The position numbers and the translations under genes were made by a program. A DNA stretch of 56,125 bases. Source: a virus (lineage: Duplodnaviria; Caudoviricetes). This document shows, piece by piece, positions 45,139 through 54,576 of the stretch. The notes below the pieces were generated by a model. The model saw nothing but the letters and a program-made list of their open reading frames with translations, was not told where the DNA came from and did not search any database. The DNA is taken from positions 1-56,125 of the IMG/VR virus record IMGVR_UViG_3300020463_000027; one strand, written 5' to 3'. Positions within the stretch are counted from its first letter, which is position 1. Every line of letters starts with the position of its first letter.

Positions 45139-45993
45139 ATGAGCACACTACAAGTCAGAAATATTCAAGGACTTTCTAATTTTAGTAATGAAGTCACTCT
45201 CCCTAGTGGTCACTCACTAGTTATAGATGGTAGTTTAAGAGTTCCAACATGGAATAATACAACCCAACCTAGTAGTCCTTCTACTGGATTAATTGGGTAT
45301 AATACAGAAGAAGAAGCATTAGAAATTTATAATGGTACAGAATGGCAGTCTGCTGGTTCTGCTAAGTTGGATGGTTCTTCTCCAGATAAAGCATCTACAT
45401 CAGGACTGCAATTAGTAACAGATAATCCTACTTTAACTAGTGGTTTATATTGGATTAAATCTTCTAGTATGCCTAATGCATTACAAATGTATGTTGATAC
45501 ATCATATGATGGTGGTGGATATGACTTTTATGCTACAAAAGGATCAGGTCCTAGTGTAAGTTATATTACAGACACCCATGCAGGAGTTTCTTTAGGATTA
45601 GAGATGTGGGAAGGGAGATCTAGAAACTGTTGGTTAGCAGCAACTAATGCAGTAAACTCATTAGACTCAGGAAATTTTAACAGTTATTGGGAAGGAGTAG
45701 GGCATGTATACAAACCAAATGGTGGCGGTAACTACACTGGTTGTATCATGAGAAGTTCTTATTATGGTGGAAATAATTGTGCTGACTGGAGAGTAAAGAG
45801 TGGTAACAAATGGTGGATTAGAGATAGTACTCACTCAGAACCTAACGGTGACTATAGTGGTAACGGATTTCAAAGAATTTATAGTGGTAGTAGACCAAGC
45901 GTAGGAAGTGTATCAACTAGTATGGGATTTAACGATGGTGGTGCATATTCTATAGGAAATTATTATTTACTTTCCACAAACGCAAAAACGTGA
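45139..45993 (+). CDS. Putative receptor-binding/fibre-tip protein with fibrinogen-like domain, 284 aa
   Basis: MSTLQV start; GLIGYNTEEEALEIYNGTEW fibre module; DGSSPDKA; SGLYWI...QMYVD...GGGY. Confidence 0.65.
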   Translation: MSTLQVRNIQGLSNFSNEVTLPSGHSLVIDGSLRVPTWNNTTQPSSPSTGLIGYNTEEEALEIYNGTEWQSAGSAKLDGSSPDKASTSGLQLVTDNPTLTSGLYWIKSSSMPNALQMYVDTSYDGGGYDFYATKGSGPSVSYITDTHAGVSLGLEMWEGRSRNCWLAATNAVNSLDSGNFNSYWEGVGHVYKPNGGGNYTGCIMRSSYYGGNNCADWRVKSGNKWWIRDSTHSEPNGDYSGNGFQRIYSGSRPSVGSVSTSMGFNDGGAYSIGNYYLLSTNAKT

Positions 45994-45999
45994 TATAAT
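45991..45999 (+). promoter_or_regulatory. Extended -10 sigma70-type promoter (TGaTATAAT)
   Basis: TGnTATAAT 21 nt upstream of ATG 46021. Confidence 0.55.
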
Positions 46000-46020
46000 A
46001 TAATTGAGTATAATTTTTTT

Positions 46021-46167
46021 ATGAAAGCTTACATAATTTACATCATCATAGGTATATTCTTCCTAACATTAATCAAAGGAACACTTAAGATTGATAGGAG
46101 TGAACGAAACCAAAGACTGTACAATGAACTATGTCAGATAGATAAAGATTATTGTGTAGAAGAATGA
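46021..46167 (+). CDS. Small single-pass membrane protein, 48 aa (MKAYIIYIIIGIFFLTLIKG...CQIDKDYCVEE)
   Basis: Translated by hand; hydrophobic N-terminal helix; ATGA coupling to 46164. Confidence 0.7.
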   Translation: MKAYIIYIIIGIFFLTLIKGTLKIDRSERNQRLYNELCQIDKDYCVEE

Positions 46168-46778
46168 ATCTAATTTTTGATTCTGAGCATGTCAAAGTTT
46201 ATGATGATGTGCTTCCAGAAGAGGATTTTGGGATGTTGTTTGAATGGTTTAATATAATACCCTTTATGAACATTCAAAAAACTGAGGGTGTATGGAATCA
46301 TGTTTGGAGTCCTGATGCAAAAGTATTAAAGGGACAACCAATATATTTTCCAGCAGGAAGAGTTCCTCCTCTTGATGGTATTGATAAATCTTTAATATCA
46401 ATTATAGAAAAAATTAATTCTATAATTAATGAAGGTAGAGTTACCATGACTCCATATTACTACATGCCAGAATCTGGACTAAATTGGCATAATGATCGTG
46501 CTCATCAAAAAGCATTTACTTTTTATTGTCACAAAAGTTGGTCACCAGAATGGGGTGGAGAGTTTCAAACGCTTGATTTGAAAGGTGAGGATAGGAAAAT
46601 AGTTTGGAAAATTTTTGACAATAAAGAATTATTTGATGCTATGATTGATAGAGGCATAGGACAATTCTTTCACCCTAAACCAAATAGATTAATTGTGAAC
46701 TCTGGTATAATGCATAAAATTAATACAACTAGCAAAGATAGTAGTGCTAGACTATCGTTACAAGGATTTATTGCTTAA
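46164..46778 (+). CDS. 2OG-Fe(II) oxygenase (prolyl 4-hydroxylase-like)
   Basis: LNWHND, AFTFY....W..EWGGE, PKPNRLIV, MHKI, RLSLQGF; ATG 46164 preferred over TTG 46152. Confidence 0.85.
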   Translation: MNLIFDSEHVKVYDDVLPEEDFGMLFEWFNIIPFMNIQKTEGVWNHVWSPDAKVLKGQPIYFPAGRVPPLDGIDKSLISIIEKINSIINEGRVTMTPYYYMPESGLNWHNDRAHQKAFTFYCHKSWSPEWGGEFQTLDLKGEDRKIVWKIFDNKELFDAMIDRGIGQFFHPKPNRLIVNSGIMHKINTTSKDSSARLSLQGFIA

Positions 46779-46780
46779 TT

Positions 46781-47470
46781 ATGGAACATCAAATAATTGA
46801 ATTTTTTCCACAAGTTTGTGGAGTATACACATATCCAGAAGATAAAATTGTAAATATTAAATTAGTATGTCAAAAAATTAGAGATACTATAAAACCAGGC
46901 GATGAAAATTATAATCAGAATGCATTATGTGGTGATCTATTTCATTATTATAATGAATCTAACACAAACATATACGATTTTCATCCAGAGCTAGAAGATC
47001 ATAGAAAATGGGTTACTGAATGTGCTACTCATTTTTTTACTGAAGTTCATAACTATGTTCTATCAGATGAAAATGAATTATTGATGACTGATGCTTGGAT
47101 GAATTATTGTTTAGAGAGAGGACAGCAAACAGAACATAATCATCACAATTCGTTGATATCAGGAACATATTATGTTAACATGATAGATTGGGTTCATGCA
47201 CCTATTCAATTTATGAAGAGAGAACCAGAGTGTCATCCCTATATCGCTCACGCAAAAGACTGGGACTCCCCTAATAAATATAGTAGGTATGTTGAAGACA
47301 TTAGACCTAAAGAAGGAGATCTTCTACTTTGGAAGTCTCATTTATTACATGGTTATAATGGTAATCTCAACATGTGGGCAGATAGAACATCTATCTCCAT
47401 GAACTTTATGCCTAGGATACTAGACAATGGTAAATACTCATTTGTAATTAACAATAGAAACGATGGATAA
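46781..47470 (+). CDS. Putative 2OG-Fe(II) oxygenase, TIGR02466-like
   Basis: AWMNY, HNHHNSLISGTYYV, PKEGDLLLWKSHLLHG, RTSISMN. Confidence 0.8.
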   Translation: MEHQIIEFFPQVCGVYTYPEDKIVNIKLVCQKIRDTIKPGDENYNQNALCGDLFHYYNESNTNIYDFHPELEDHRKWVTECATHFFTEVHNYVLSDENELLMTDAWMNYCLERGQQTEHNHHNSLISGTYYVNMIDWVHAPIQFMKREPECHPYIAHAKDWDSPNKYSRYVEDIRPKEGDLLLWKSHLLHGYNGNLNMWADRTSISMNFMPRILDNGKYSFVINNRNDG

Positions 47471-47750
47471 ATTTCCCAGAAAACGATCTGCCTTCAGAGT
47501 ATGGATAGAAGGTCGCAATAAAGAACTGCAAAATTACATTGCAAACAGAAAAATTAATTATCCAGAAATTGGAGAACAATTAGATGCCATATGGCATGAC
47601 ATTGATGATGGCATCTTACCTGGTAAAGAAGGAAGATTCTATAGAATACTGGCAGATAACAAAAGAAGATACAAATCTCCTAAGTGGGATGTGGATGAAT
47701 TTATAAAATATGATTTTTCTAAGGAACAGTTTGACGAAGACTTAGACTAA
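47463..47750 (+). CDS. Hypothetical protein, 95 aa; possible fibre-assembly helper
   Basis: R...YPEIGEQLDAIWHDID motif resembles small proteins found beside phage tail-fibre genes. Confidence 0.6.
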   Translation: MDKFPRKRSAFRVWIEGRNKELQNYIANRKINYPEIGEQLDAIWHDIDDGILPGKEGRFYRILADNKRRYKSPKWDVDEFIKYDFSKEQFDEDLD

Positions 47751-47753
47751 ATA
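47747..47753 (+). promoter_or_regulatory. Late promoter (CTAAATA)
   Basis: Upstream of AAAGGAG RBS and ATG 47778. Confidence 0.6.
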
Positions 47754-47777
47754 AGAAAAGGAGTCTAGTGTAAAAGA

Positions 47778-49145
47778 ATGGCGTCAACATTAAGAACTGA
47801 TAATATATCAACTCTGTCTGGAACAGGAGCAGTAAATATTGCACAGAGTGTTGGCATTCAAGGCAACATAGATTTTACTGGAAACTTGTTACAGAATGGA
47901 CAACCATTTGTTACTTTACCAGAACAATCTATAGAAACCATGGGTGCTACACTAGCATCTGATGGTATCACAGCATACTGGGCACATCCAAATACATTTG
48001 AAAATAATGCTGGTAGTACAAATATGCCACCAGGTGATGCAGATACAGGTGGTATAAACTTACAGAACCCAGTAACACCAGCTAACGGTTATCTACCTTT
48101 TGATGGAACTGGTAATTGGTATGACTATCAAGGAAATACTTATTCAATAAACGTAGGATCAGAATTTAAGTATAGAAGTATTTTTACACATGGGTTCTTG
48201 ATGGGTGGATATAGAGGAGCAAACCCATGGAGAACTGTTAACCAAACATTCCATGCTACAGACGTTACTATATGTCGTGGAGACCAATTAGATAGAGCAG
48301 CAACCTATGTTGATGGAAACTTTGGAGATTATAACGGATATGTTTATGGTGGTAACAACAGTTGGGGAGGAAACTCTGCACATACTTCTTCTATAAACTT
48401 ACACACAGGAACAGGGAGAACAGCTGGATCTTCACCATCTTATAACACAACTGATAACTATAGTACCACACCTGACACTATTGGTGTTGGTTGGGACTTA
48501 TATGGTTCTGTTAACGATTCTGGTGCTACATCAGGTCAGACTGTACAAAGAGGTTATGTTACAGGTGGTGGTGACCAAGGAAGTAGTTCTTGGGGTAGAA
48601 TGAACTTCTCATCAGAACTAATGTCTAGAGTTGGTGGAGGACATACATCTGACTTCTGTTCTGCCACTGAAGGAGAACTTAGAGGATATTCTTATTCTGA
48701 CACAGGTAACTCTAGATATATTGAGTTTGCATCTGAATCAACTGGAAACTGGAGTACATCTAATATTACTGGTGATGGTTGGAAAAAATCTTTATCTACA
48801 AAATGGAATATTGGTTATCATGGTAACGGTAATAATGTTCAGCAGCAATGGATGAAGTTTACACATAACTCTGGAGCATTTATATCAACCTTCAATCAGA
48901 TTGACGTTGATTCTGGTGAAGAGAATATGGAAATGGGTCAAGACTGGGGATACATGATGGGTAACTACTCAGGTGGTGGTGGATCTGGTAATGCTCGTCA
49001 GAACAATAGATGTATGAAAATATTCCATGCTAATGATAGTATGACTATGATGGGATATAAAACAGAACCAAAAGGACACCAAGGTCAATCATCAGGAGCA
49101 TGTGTCACAGCAGCATTTACTGTAACTGCTACAAGATATCAGTAA
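47778..49145 (+). CDS. Virion structural protein with predicted six-bladed Kelch-like beta-propeller, 455 aa
   Basis: MASTLRTDNI...GNIDFTGNLLQNG fibre-type N-terminus; six G(Y/F) repeats (HGFLMGG, NGYVYGG, RGYVTGG, RGYSYS, IGYHGN, WGYMMGN). Confidence 0.6.
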   Translation: MASTLRTDNISTLSGTGAVNIAQSVGIQGNIDFTGNLLQNGQPFVTLPEQSIETMGATLASDGITAYWAHPNTFENNAGSTNMPPGDADTGGINLQNPVTPANGYLPFDGTGNWYDYQGNTYSINVGSEFKYRSIFTHGFLMGGYRGANPWRTVNQTFHATDVTICRGDQLDRAATYVDGNFGDYNGYVYGGNNSWGGNSAHTSSINLHTGTGRTAGSSPSYNTTDNYSTTPDTIGVGWDLYGSVNDSGATSGQTVQRGYVTGGGDQGSSSWGRMNFSSELMSRVGGGHTSDFCSATEGELRGYSYSDTGNSRYIEFASESTGNWSTSNITGDGWKKSLSTKWNIGYHGNGNNVQQQWMKFTHNSGAFISTFNQIDVDSGEENMEMGQDWGYMMGNYSGGGGSGNARQNNRCMKIFHANDSMTMMGYKTEPKGHQGQSSGACVTAAFTVTATRYQ

Positions 49146-49146
49146 T

Positions 49147-50082
49147 ATGAAAAAGAAACTTAATTTTATAGAAGAAAAAGCATTTGAGGTAGAATGGACT
49201 TCTAAGATACCATCACATATGGTATTGGATGAGGACATGCTACGTCCAGAATATGAACCATCACATCCACTTGAAATAGAAGTTAGAAAGTTTATTAAAG
49301 ATAAAGAAGACATACAGAAGGGATATATTATTATGGGTCTATGTGAAGAGGACCTTCGTTCTATGGAATTGAGACCACATGATACAACATATCATAATTG
49401 TTATAATTTTTATAACATATCAATTGTTAAAATGAAACGTGATGTATTTGAAACACTAAAATCTGGTCTTAAAAGATATATTGAATTTACTGAAAGAGAA
49501 CTACATGATGGTGTAAACTATGCTGGTGAAGTAAGACAATACTCAAAAGATTATATTGCTTCTATGGATGAGAGAGGACAAGTTCAATGGAATAAAGGTA
49601 AAGTTCCAATGAACTCTAAAAAAATTATTAATGCACTGTCTTGGATGAGAAAGTTGGCAATCTTAGTTATTGAAAGAGAATTTGAATTGAGATTTAAAAA
49701 CTTTAAAAATTGCCATGATGTAGAAAGTGAGTCATGGACATATCAATTACCAGAAGCAAGAGCATATAAAAACAGTTCAGATGCAGAAACACCTTTCTTA
49801 GATATACTTGCAATGACTAGAGGTATGAGAAAAGAGATATTGGTTGACAAAGTATTAGAAAAACATAATGAATATGTAAGAGCATACGCAGCACTCTTAG
49901 GTAAATATCATGCTATTCGTTCACAATTCAAACTTGCGGACAATATGTGGGACATGAATATCCTCTGGGAAGACTACCTAAATATAGGTATGCCACGAGT
50001 TCAAGCAACTAAGTTAGGACGAGTGGATGACAACATGAACAGATTGAACGGTGAAGTCGCATATGGAACATTCGGATTCTAG
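49147..50082 (+). CDS. Hypothetical protein with tail-fibre-assembly-like C-terminal domain, 311 aa
   Basis: E..SW..Q..EARAY....A.TPFLD.LA..RG.....LV.KVL.K motif, recalled from proteins encoded next to tail fibres. Confidence 0.6.
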   Translation: MKKKLNFIEEKAFEVEWTSKIPSHMVLDEDMLRPEYEPSHPLEIEVRKFIKDKEDIQKGYIIMGLCEEDLRSMELRPHDTTYHNCYNFYNISIVKMKRDVFETLKSGLKRYIEFTERELHDGVNYAGEVRQYSKDYIASMDERGQVQWNKGKVPMNSKKIINALSWMRKLAILVIEREFELRFKNFKNCHDVESESWTYQLPEARAYKNSSDAETPFLDILAMTRGMRKEILVDKVLEKHNEYVRAYAALLGKYHAIRSQFKLADNMWDMNILWEDYLNIGMPRVQATKLGRVDDNMNRLNGEVAYGTFGF

Positions 50083-50917
50083 TATTGATTTAAGATCTAA
50101 ATTATCAAATTCTGATATTATAGATGCTGCAGTAAATTTGGAAATGGGACAGACAATGTATCAGAATGATACTTTTGTTGTTGGTTCTCAGATTACTCCA
50201 TACAAAAAAGTTCAACAAGCATTGTTGGAACTAGAAGCAAGACAACATGGGTATGTTGAATTACAGTACAAACATAAGTTATGTACAAACTCAAGAAAAA
50301 AATTAGAACGTGAGTTAGAAAAAGAAAAGAATAGACCTGACTCAGATGAATTGGAAGTAGAGAGAATAGAAATAGAATGGGACAAAGCAAAGTACGACGA
50401 GTCTTTGTTTGAGAAAAAGTATCTTACATATGAGAGAGAAATATCTGAGTTCTGTGATATGGTTCGCAACCACATGGACGATAAGAAAAGTATAGAATAT
50501 TATCGTATAACACAAGAAGACGAGGATAGACAGTATTGGATTACTAGAATGGCAAAACAAGCTGCAGTTGACGTACACAACTGTGGTAGGATTGGAAGTG
50601 GTAATTTAGATTCTATTTTAAATATGCCAGCAGAAGATCAGTTAACTGCTATACAAGGTGCTGTAGAACATGCTACAATGTTAACAGCAGGAGTAGAAAA
50701 AATGGCACAGCAATTGTTGCCAGAAGTTAGAAAAGTGATTGAAGGATCATTTCAAAATTATTCCGTTCCTAAACTTATGGCAGAGATATCTAAAGATATT
50801 GAACCTAAAAAACTTAAAAGTCCTATGACTCTTGAATTGAAAAGTCCTGTTGAAAAACAGATTTTAACAACCTTACCTAATGACAAGATCCGTCTTCAGT
50901 CTCCCAATAAATCCTAA
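50063..50917 (+). CDS. Coiled-coil hypothetical protein, about 284 aa
   Basis: FVVGSQITPYKK.QQALLEL, long E/K coiled coil, YWITRMAKQAA.D....GRIG.GN.DSI..M; ATG 50063 preferred over GTG 50051. Confidence 0.75.
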   Translation: MEHSDSSIDLRSKLSNSDIIDAAVNLEMGQTMYQNDTFVVGSQITPYKKVQQALLELEARQHGYVELQYKHKLCTNSRKKLERELEKEKNRPDSDELEVERIEIEWDKAKYDESLFEKKYLTYEREISEFCDMVRNHMDDKKSIEYYRITQEDEDRQYWITRMAKQAAVDVHNCGRIGSGNLDSILNMPAEDQLTAIQGAVEHATMLTAGVEKMAQQLLPEVRKVIEGSFQNYSVPKLMAEISKDIEPKKLKSPMTLELKSPVEKQILTTLPNDKIRLQSPNKS

Positions 50918-52607
50918 ACTTGATAAACAGTTTACGGATGGAATGTTTATTCCATGGTTGACAAAATATAAAGTTTACATTAAAGACTTGTACTTTACAT
51001 GTAGAATGCCACCCTTCACTCAAGATGCGATGGGTGATGTTTTTGCTGGAGATATATCTCAGTTAGTTTTTAACTCTTTAGTAATATCAAGAGAGACAGA
51101 GATACCTATCTCAGCAACATTCAATAACATATATGTTAGACCTGATCAAGAAGGATTGGATTTATTCATTCATAATTTCAGACAAATATATGAAAATTAT
51201 AATGTTCGTATTGCTACGATACCACACACTACATGGGTATCGTCTGGTCAAATTCAGTCAGCATTTCCTGACTTAAAAATTAAGAATACTATACTGAGGA
51301 ATGTTTGTAAGGCAAACGATATCGTAAATCTTGCTAAGTCTGGCTTTCATTATATCAACTTAGATAGAGATATGATGCGTGATAAGACTGGATTACTAGA
51401 GATAAAAAAAGCAAAGGAATACTGCGAGAAAATTGGCAAACCAGTAGAGATTTCATTACTAGCAAACGAGGGTTGTTGGGGTGGTTGTACAATTATGGAT
51501 GAACATTATCATTTTAATAGTACGAGACAAGGTAAGTCTCCACAGTTCTTTATGGATCCTATCAGTACAAACTCTTGTTCTAAATGGGATATAGAAGATC
51601 CTTCTTCTGCATTGAAAGCAGCAAACTTACCTCCATGGAGAGAAGATTGGGAAGAGTTCCTTGACCTTGGCATAGATGTATTCAAGATGCATGGTAGGGA
51701 AAATATGATGAGACTTAAAGAGTCTATGGATATTATAGAGAGATGGGCAAAAGAAGATGAACTTCTATTCCCTGAGTTTGATGAGTATATGGATGACTTA
51801 AAAGTAAAGGATGCTCCGATAAACTTGTGGAGGGAAAAGATTAAAACATGTAAGTTTGACTGTTGGGATTGTAATTATTGTGAGTCTGTTGTAGAGTCAC
51901 ATCTTAAGAAAAAAGGAGAGACATTTGATGTAGAAGAATATACACAAAGGTGTATGGATGCTATTGATAATGCATCATCATTCAAATCTAATTTCGTATC
52001 AGATGGGTATGAAGTTCGTGGAATTACATCAGATAGAGTTAGACATTTTTTAAATAATCTCTGTTCTTATGATGACTCAGTATATCTTGAACTAGGAACA
52101 TTGATGGGCAGTACTTTTTTTGCTGCTACTATGGGTAATGATATAGAAAATATCGGTGTTGATAATTATTCAGAACCAGAATGCAAACCATTGACTAATA
52201 ATATTCAATGGAATGAAGTAGGTAATACTTTTGAAGAGTTTAAAAGATACTTTGATAAGTATGAAAATGGAAAATCAACATTTATAAAATCTGATATACT
52301 TGATTTAAAGGAAAAAGATTTTGAAGGTAAGAAACCAAATGTGGTATTCTATGATGCTAACCATGATTATGTTCAACAACTTAATTGTTTGAATCATATT
52401 GCACCTTTCTTAGCAGACAAATTTATTCTTATAATAGATGACGCTAACTTTGATGGGGTAATTGAATCGGCAATACAATTTGTCAAAGATAATAATTATG
52501 ATCTGTATTTTGAGAGAAAAATTCTTAGTGCGATCATAGAAAATCCAACACATTGGTGGAATGGTTTATTTGTAATGGTATTGGAGAAACCTAATGAAAG
52601 TAATTGA
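50880..52607 (+). CDS. Fusion of U32-family (peptidase U32-like Fe-S TIM barrel) domain and class I SAM methyltransferase (Methyltransf_24-like)
   Basis: INLDRD, LLANEGCWGGC, NSCSKW, DVFKMHGR, CKFDCWDCNYC; C-terminal YLELGTLMGST, VVFYDANH, ILIIDD, WWNG. Confidence 0.75.
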   Translation: MTRSVFSLPINPKLDKQFTDGMFIPWLTKYKVYIKDLYFTCRMPPFTQDAMGDVFAGDISQLVFNSLVISRETEIPISATFNNIYVRPDQEGLDLFIHNFRQIYENYNVRIATIPHTTWVSSGQIQSAFPDLKIKNTILRNVCKANDIVNLAKSGFHYINLDRDMMRDKTGLLEIKKAKEYCEKIGKPVEISLLANEGCWGGCTIMDEHYHFNSTRQGKSPQFFMDPISTNSCSKWDIEDPSSALKAANLPPWREDWEEFLDLGIDVFKMHGRENMMRLKESMDIIERWAKEDELLFPEFDEYMDDLKVKDAPINLWREKIKTCKFDCWDCNYCESVVESHLKKKGETFDVEEYTQRCMDAIDNASSFKSNFVSDGYEVRGITSDRVRHFLNNLCSYDDSVYLELGTLMGSTFFAATMGNDIENIGVDNYSEPECKPLTNNIQWNEVGNTFEEFKRYFDKYENGKSTFIKSDILDLKEKDFEGKKPNVVFYDANHDYVQQLNCLNHIAPFLADKFILIIDDANFDGVIESAIQFVKDNNYDLYFERKILSAIIENPTHWWNGLFVMVLEKPNESN

Positions 52608-53304
52608 TAGAAAACTTTTTTCTGTAGCACACCCATCTAGTTGGGAAGTAGAGCAAAAACACATAGGAAAACATAAAAATAGACTAGTAATAGTCAGAGA
52701 TTTTTTTCAATATCCTGATGAGTTAAAAGCATATGCACAATCCATAGATTATGTTTCCACATATCAAGGAGAGGTTACAAATCTACCAGGTTTCATTCAT
52801 TATATGAGCATACATAAGAAAGCTTTGTATGAACCAATGAAGTATGTGGCAACAAAATACTTTGAAGGTAGTGGTGAGATAATGAGATTTCCTGATGAGA
52901 CTAGGTTTGGATTTCAGATATATGATATGAAAGAGAAGTGTAGATATCAAAGTTTATTTCCACATACAGATGAAGTTAGGTATGCTGGTGTCTTGTCTTT
53001 CAATACAGAAGACGAATATGATGGTGATGATAATGGCACATCATTCTTTAGAAGTGAAGAGACAGGAGAAGAGACTACATTGTATGATAAAAACTATAGA
53101 GCAAAAAGATTATTAAATCCTGTACAGGCAATGGTAAACTTTGATCCATCTCAGGTAAAGCATAAAGAATGGACAAGGTATCATATAGAACCACATGAAT
53201 TTAACAAATTAATCATGTATGAGGGTAACCTTTGGCATTCAATTCATTTCCAACAAAAAAAGTGGAACGCAAATAGAATGACTTTTAATGCTTTTATACG
53301 ATAA
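52594..53304 (+). CDS. 2OG-Fe(II) oxygenase-like protein (DUF6445-like)
   Basis: VIVRDFF..PD, PHTD, YAGVLSFN, GTSFFR, FNKLIMYEG.LWHS, RMTFNAF. Confidence 0.75.
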   Translation: MKVIDRKLFSVAHPSSWEVEQKHIGKHKNRLVIVRDFFQYPDELKAYAQSIDYVSTYQGEVTNLPGFIHYMSIHKKALYEPMKYVATKYFEGSGEIMRFPDETRFGFQIYDMKEKCRYQSLFPHTDEVRYAGVLSFNTEDEYDGDDNGTSFFRSEETGEETTLYDKNYRAKRLLNPVQAMVNFDPSQVKHKEWTRYHIEPHEFNKLIMYEGNLWHSIHFQQKKWNANRMTFNAFIR

Positions 53305-53307
53305 ATA
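53300..53307 (+). promoter_or_regulatory. Late promoter (GATAAATA)
   Basis: Overlaps the stop of 52594-53304, upstream of 53334. Confidence 0.65.
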
Positions 53308-53333
53308 CATAAGACAGATACTACCTAGACAAC

Positions 53334-54572
53334 ATGGGTATAATAAATGTAAATCAAGTTAGTGCTCAACAGGGAATAAAATTTCAAGGTTTTGCAAATG
53401 AAAACGCTTACCCAACAAATTTGGGAACAAGTGATGCTGGTTTTTTAATATACGATACTGCTTTAGCAGCATTAGTTATTTGGGATGGTGCAAACTGGAG
53501 TCAAATAAAAATGAAAGGTGCTGTCAATGATGGTACAGAATCATCTAAAGCAAACGGTTCTGCTATGATGATACTTGTAGATATTATAGCAGCTGGTGGA
53601 AGTTTGCAAGATGTCAGAGCATTGGAAGGACCTCTGTGGTTAAATCCTGCTTTATTTGGTGGAAGTAATGCAAGTGCAGCACCATTTCAAGTATGGTGTG
53701 ATATGACTACACAGGGTGGTGGGTGGACGTTATCTATTAAGTATGATAGACAACAAGTGGAATCTACCAACTGGAATGTTTATTCTTTAGAAGATAAGGG
53801 TGGTAGAGAATATTATAATAATCTAGGACTTGATACACTAGATGCAAATGGTCAAGTGTATGAAACTTTAAATATGAGAGATTTAATTAATTGTAATAAA
53901 GCTCTCGGTAATGGTTATGCTGGAAGATGGATGATGCACTGTTGCACAGATGCTGGATCTGGAATTGGAAGATTGGAATATACTGCAAATAATTTTAGCA
54001 CTGCTAATCAAGCATCAGAGAGTAGAACTGCAGGATCATCTACATCATTATCACATTCACCAATGTTTTCTCAATTTCATAAAAATGTTATTGAAGATCC
54101 TAATAGATTGTGGGATACAGATGGAGCTCAAGTAACAAACTCCAATAGTGCTAGTGTATCAACTTATCAAGATTATCAAGTTCCTAGTGATATTACTACA
54201 TATGGTGGAGGTAACTTTTATAAGTTAGGTGATGATGCAACAAATCCTTCAGAAGATTTTATTATGACCAATGCATCTTATATACCTAATAGTAGTGATA
54301 CTAATGGTAGAGTTCTAAGACAAGACCATTTAGATGGCAACTATATGTTCTCTGTTGGTAATAGAGAAGGTGGTGTATATTGTTCTGGAACTAATAACAC
54401 AAACTTGCGGGGTCACCAATCTCCTGCATTTAACTGGGGATTTCATTCAAAGGACAACACTCAGCAAACTTATGGTTATGGTTCTAATACTACCATAGGC
54501 ACACACTGTAATGCTAATAGTGGTGGTGCCTATAGACCAGGTAAAAGAATGAATTACATGTTTACAAGATAA
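53334..54572 (+). CDS. Putative receptor-binding/fibre-tip protein with fibrinogen-like domain, 412 aa
   Basis: GFLIYDT....LVIWDGANW module, DGTESSKA, PFQVWCDMTTQGGGWTL. Confidence 0.7.
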   Translation: MGIINVNQVSAQQGIKFQGFANENAYPTNLGTSDAGFLIYDTALAALVIWDGANWSQIKMKGAVNDGTESSKANGSAMMILVDIIAAGGSLQDVRALEGPLWLNPALFGGSNASAAPFQVWCDMTTQGGGWTLSIKYDRQQVESTNWNVYSLEDKGGREYYNNLGLDTLDANGQVYETLNMRDLINCNKALGNGYAGRWMMHCCTDAGSGIGRLEYTANNFSTANQASESRTAGSSTSLSHSPMFSQFHKNVIEDPNRLWDTDGAQVTNSNSASVSTYQDYQVPSDITTYGGGNFYKLGDDATNPSEDFIMTNASYIPNSSDTNGRVLRQDHLDGNYMFSVGNREGGVYCSGTNNTNLRGHQSPAFNWGFHSKDNTQQTYGYGSNTTIGTHCNANSGGAYRPGKRMNYMFTR

Positions 54573-54576
54573 TAAT

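Noticed and set aside
50880-51910. Collagenase/protease function for the U32 domain
   Set aside because: Legacy family name; the conserved Cys pattern points to Fe-S chemistry, as in characterised members
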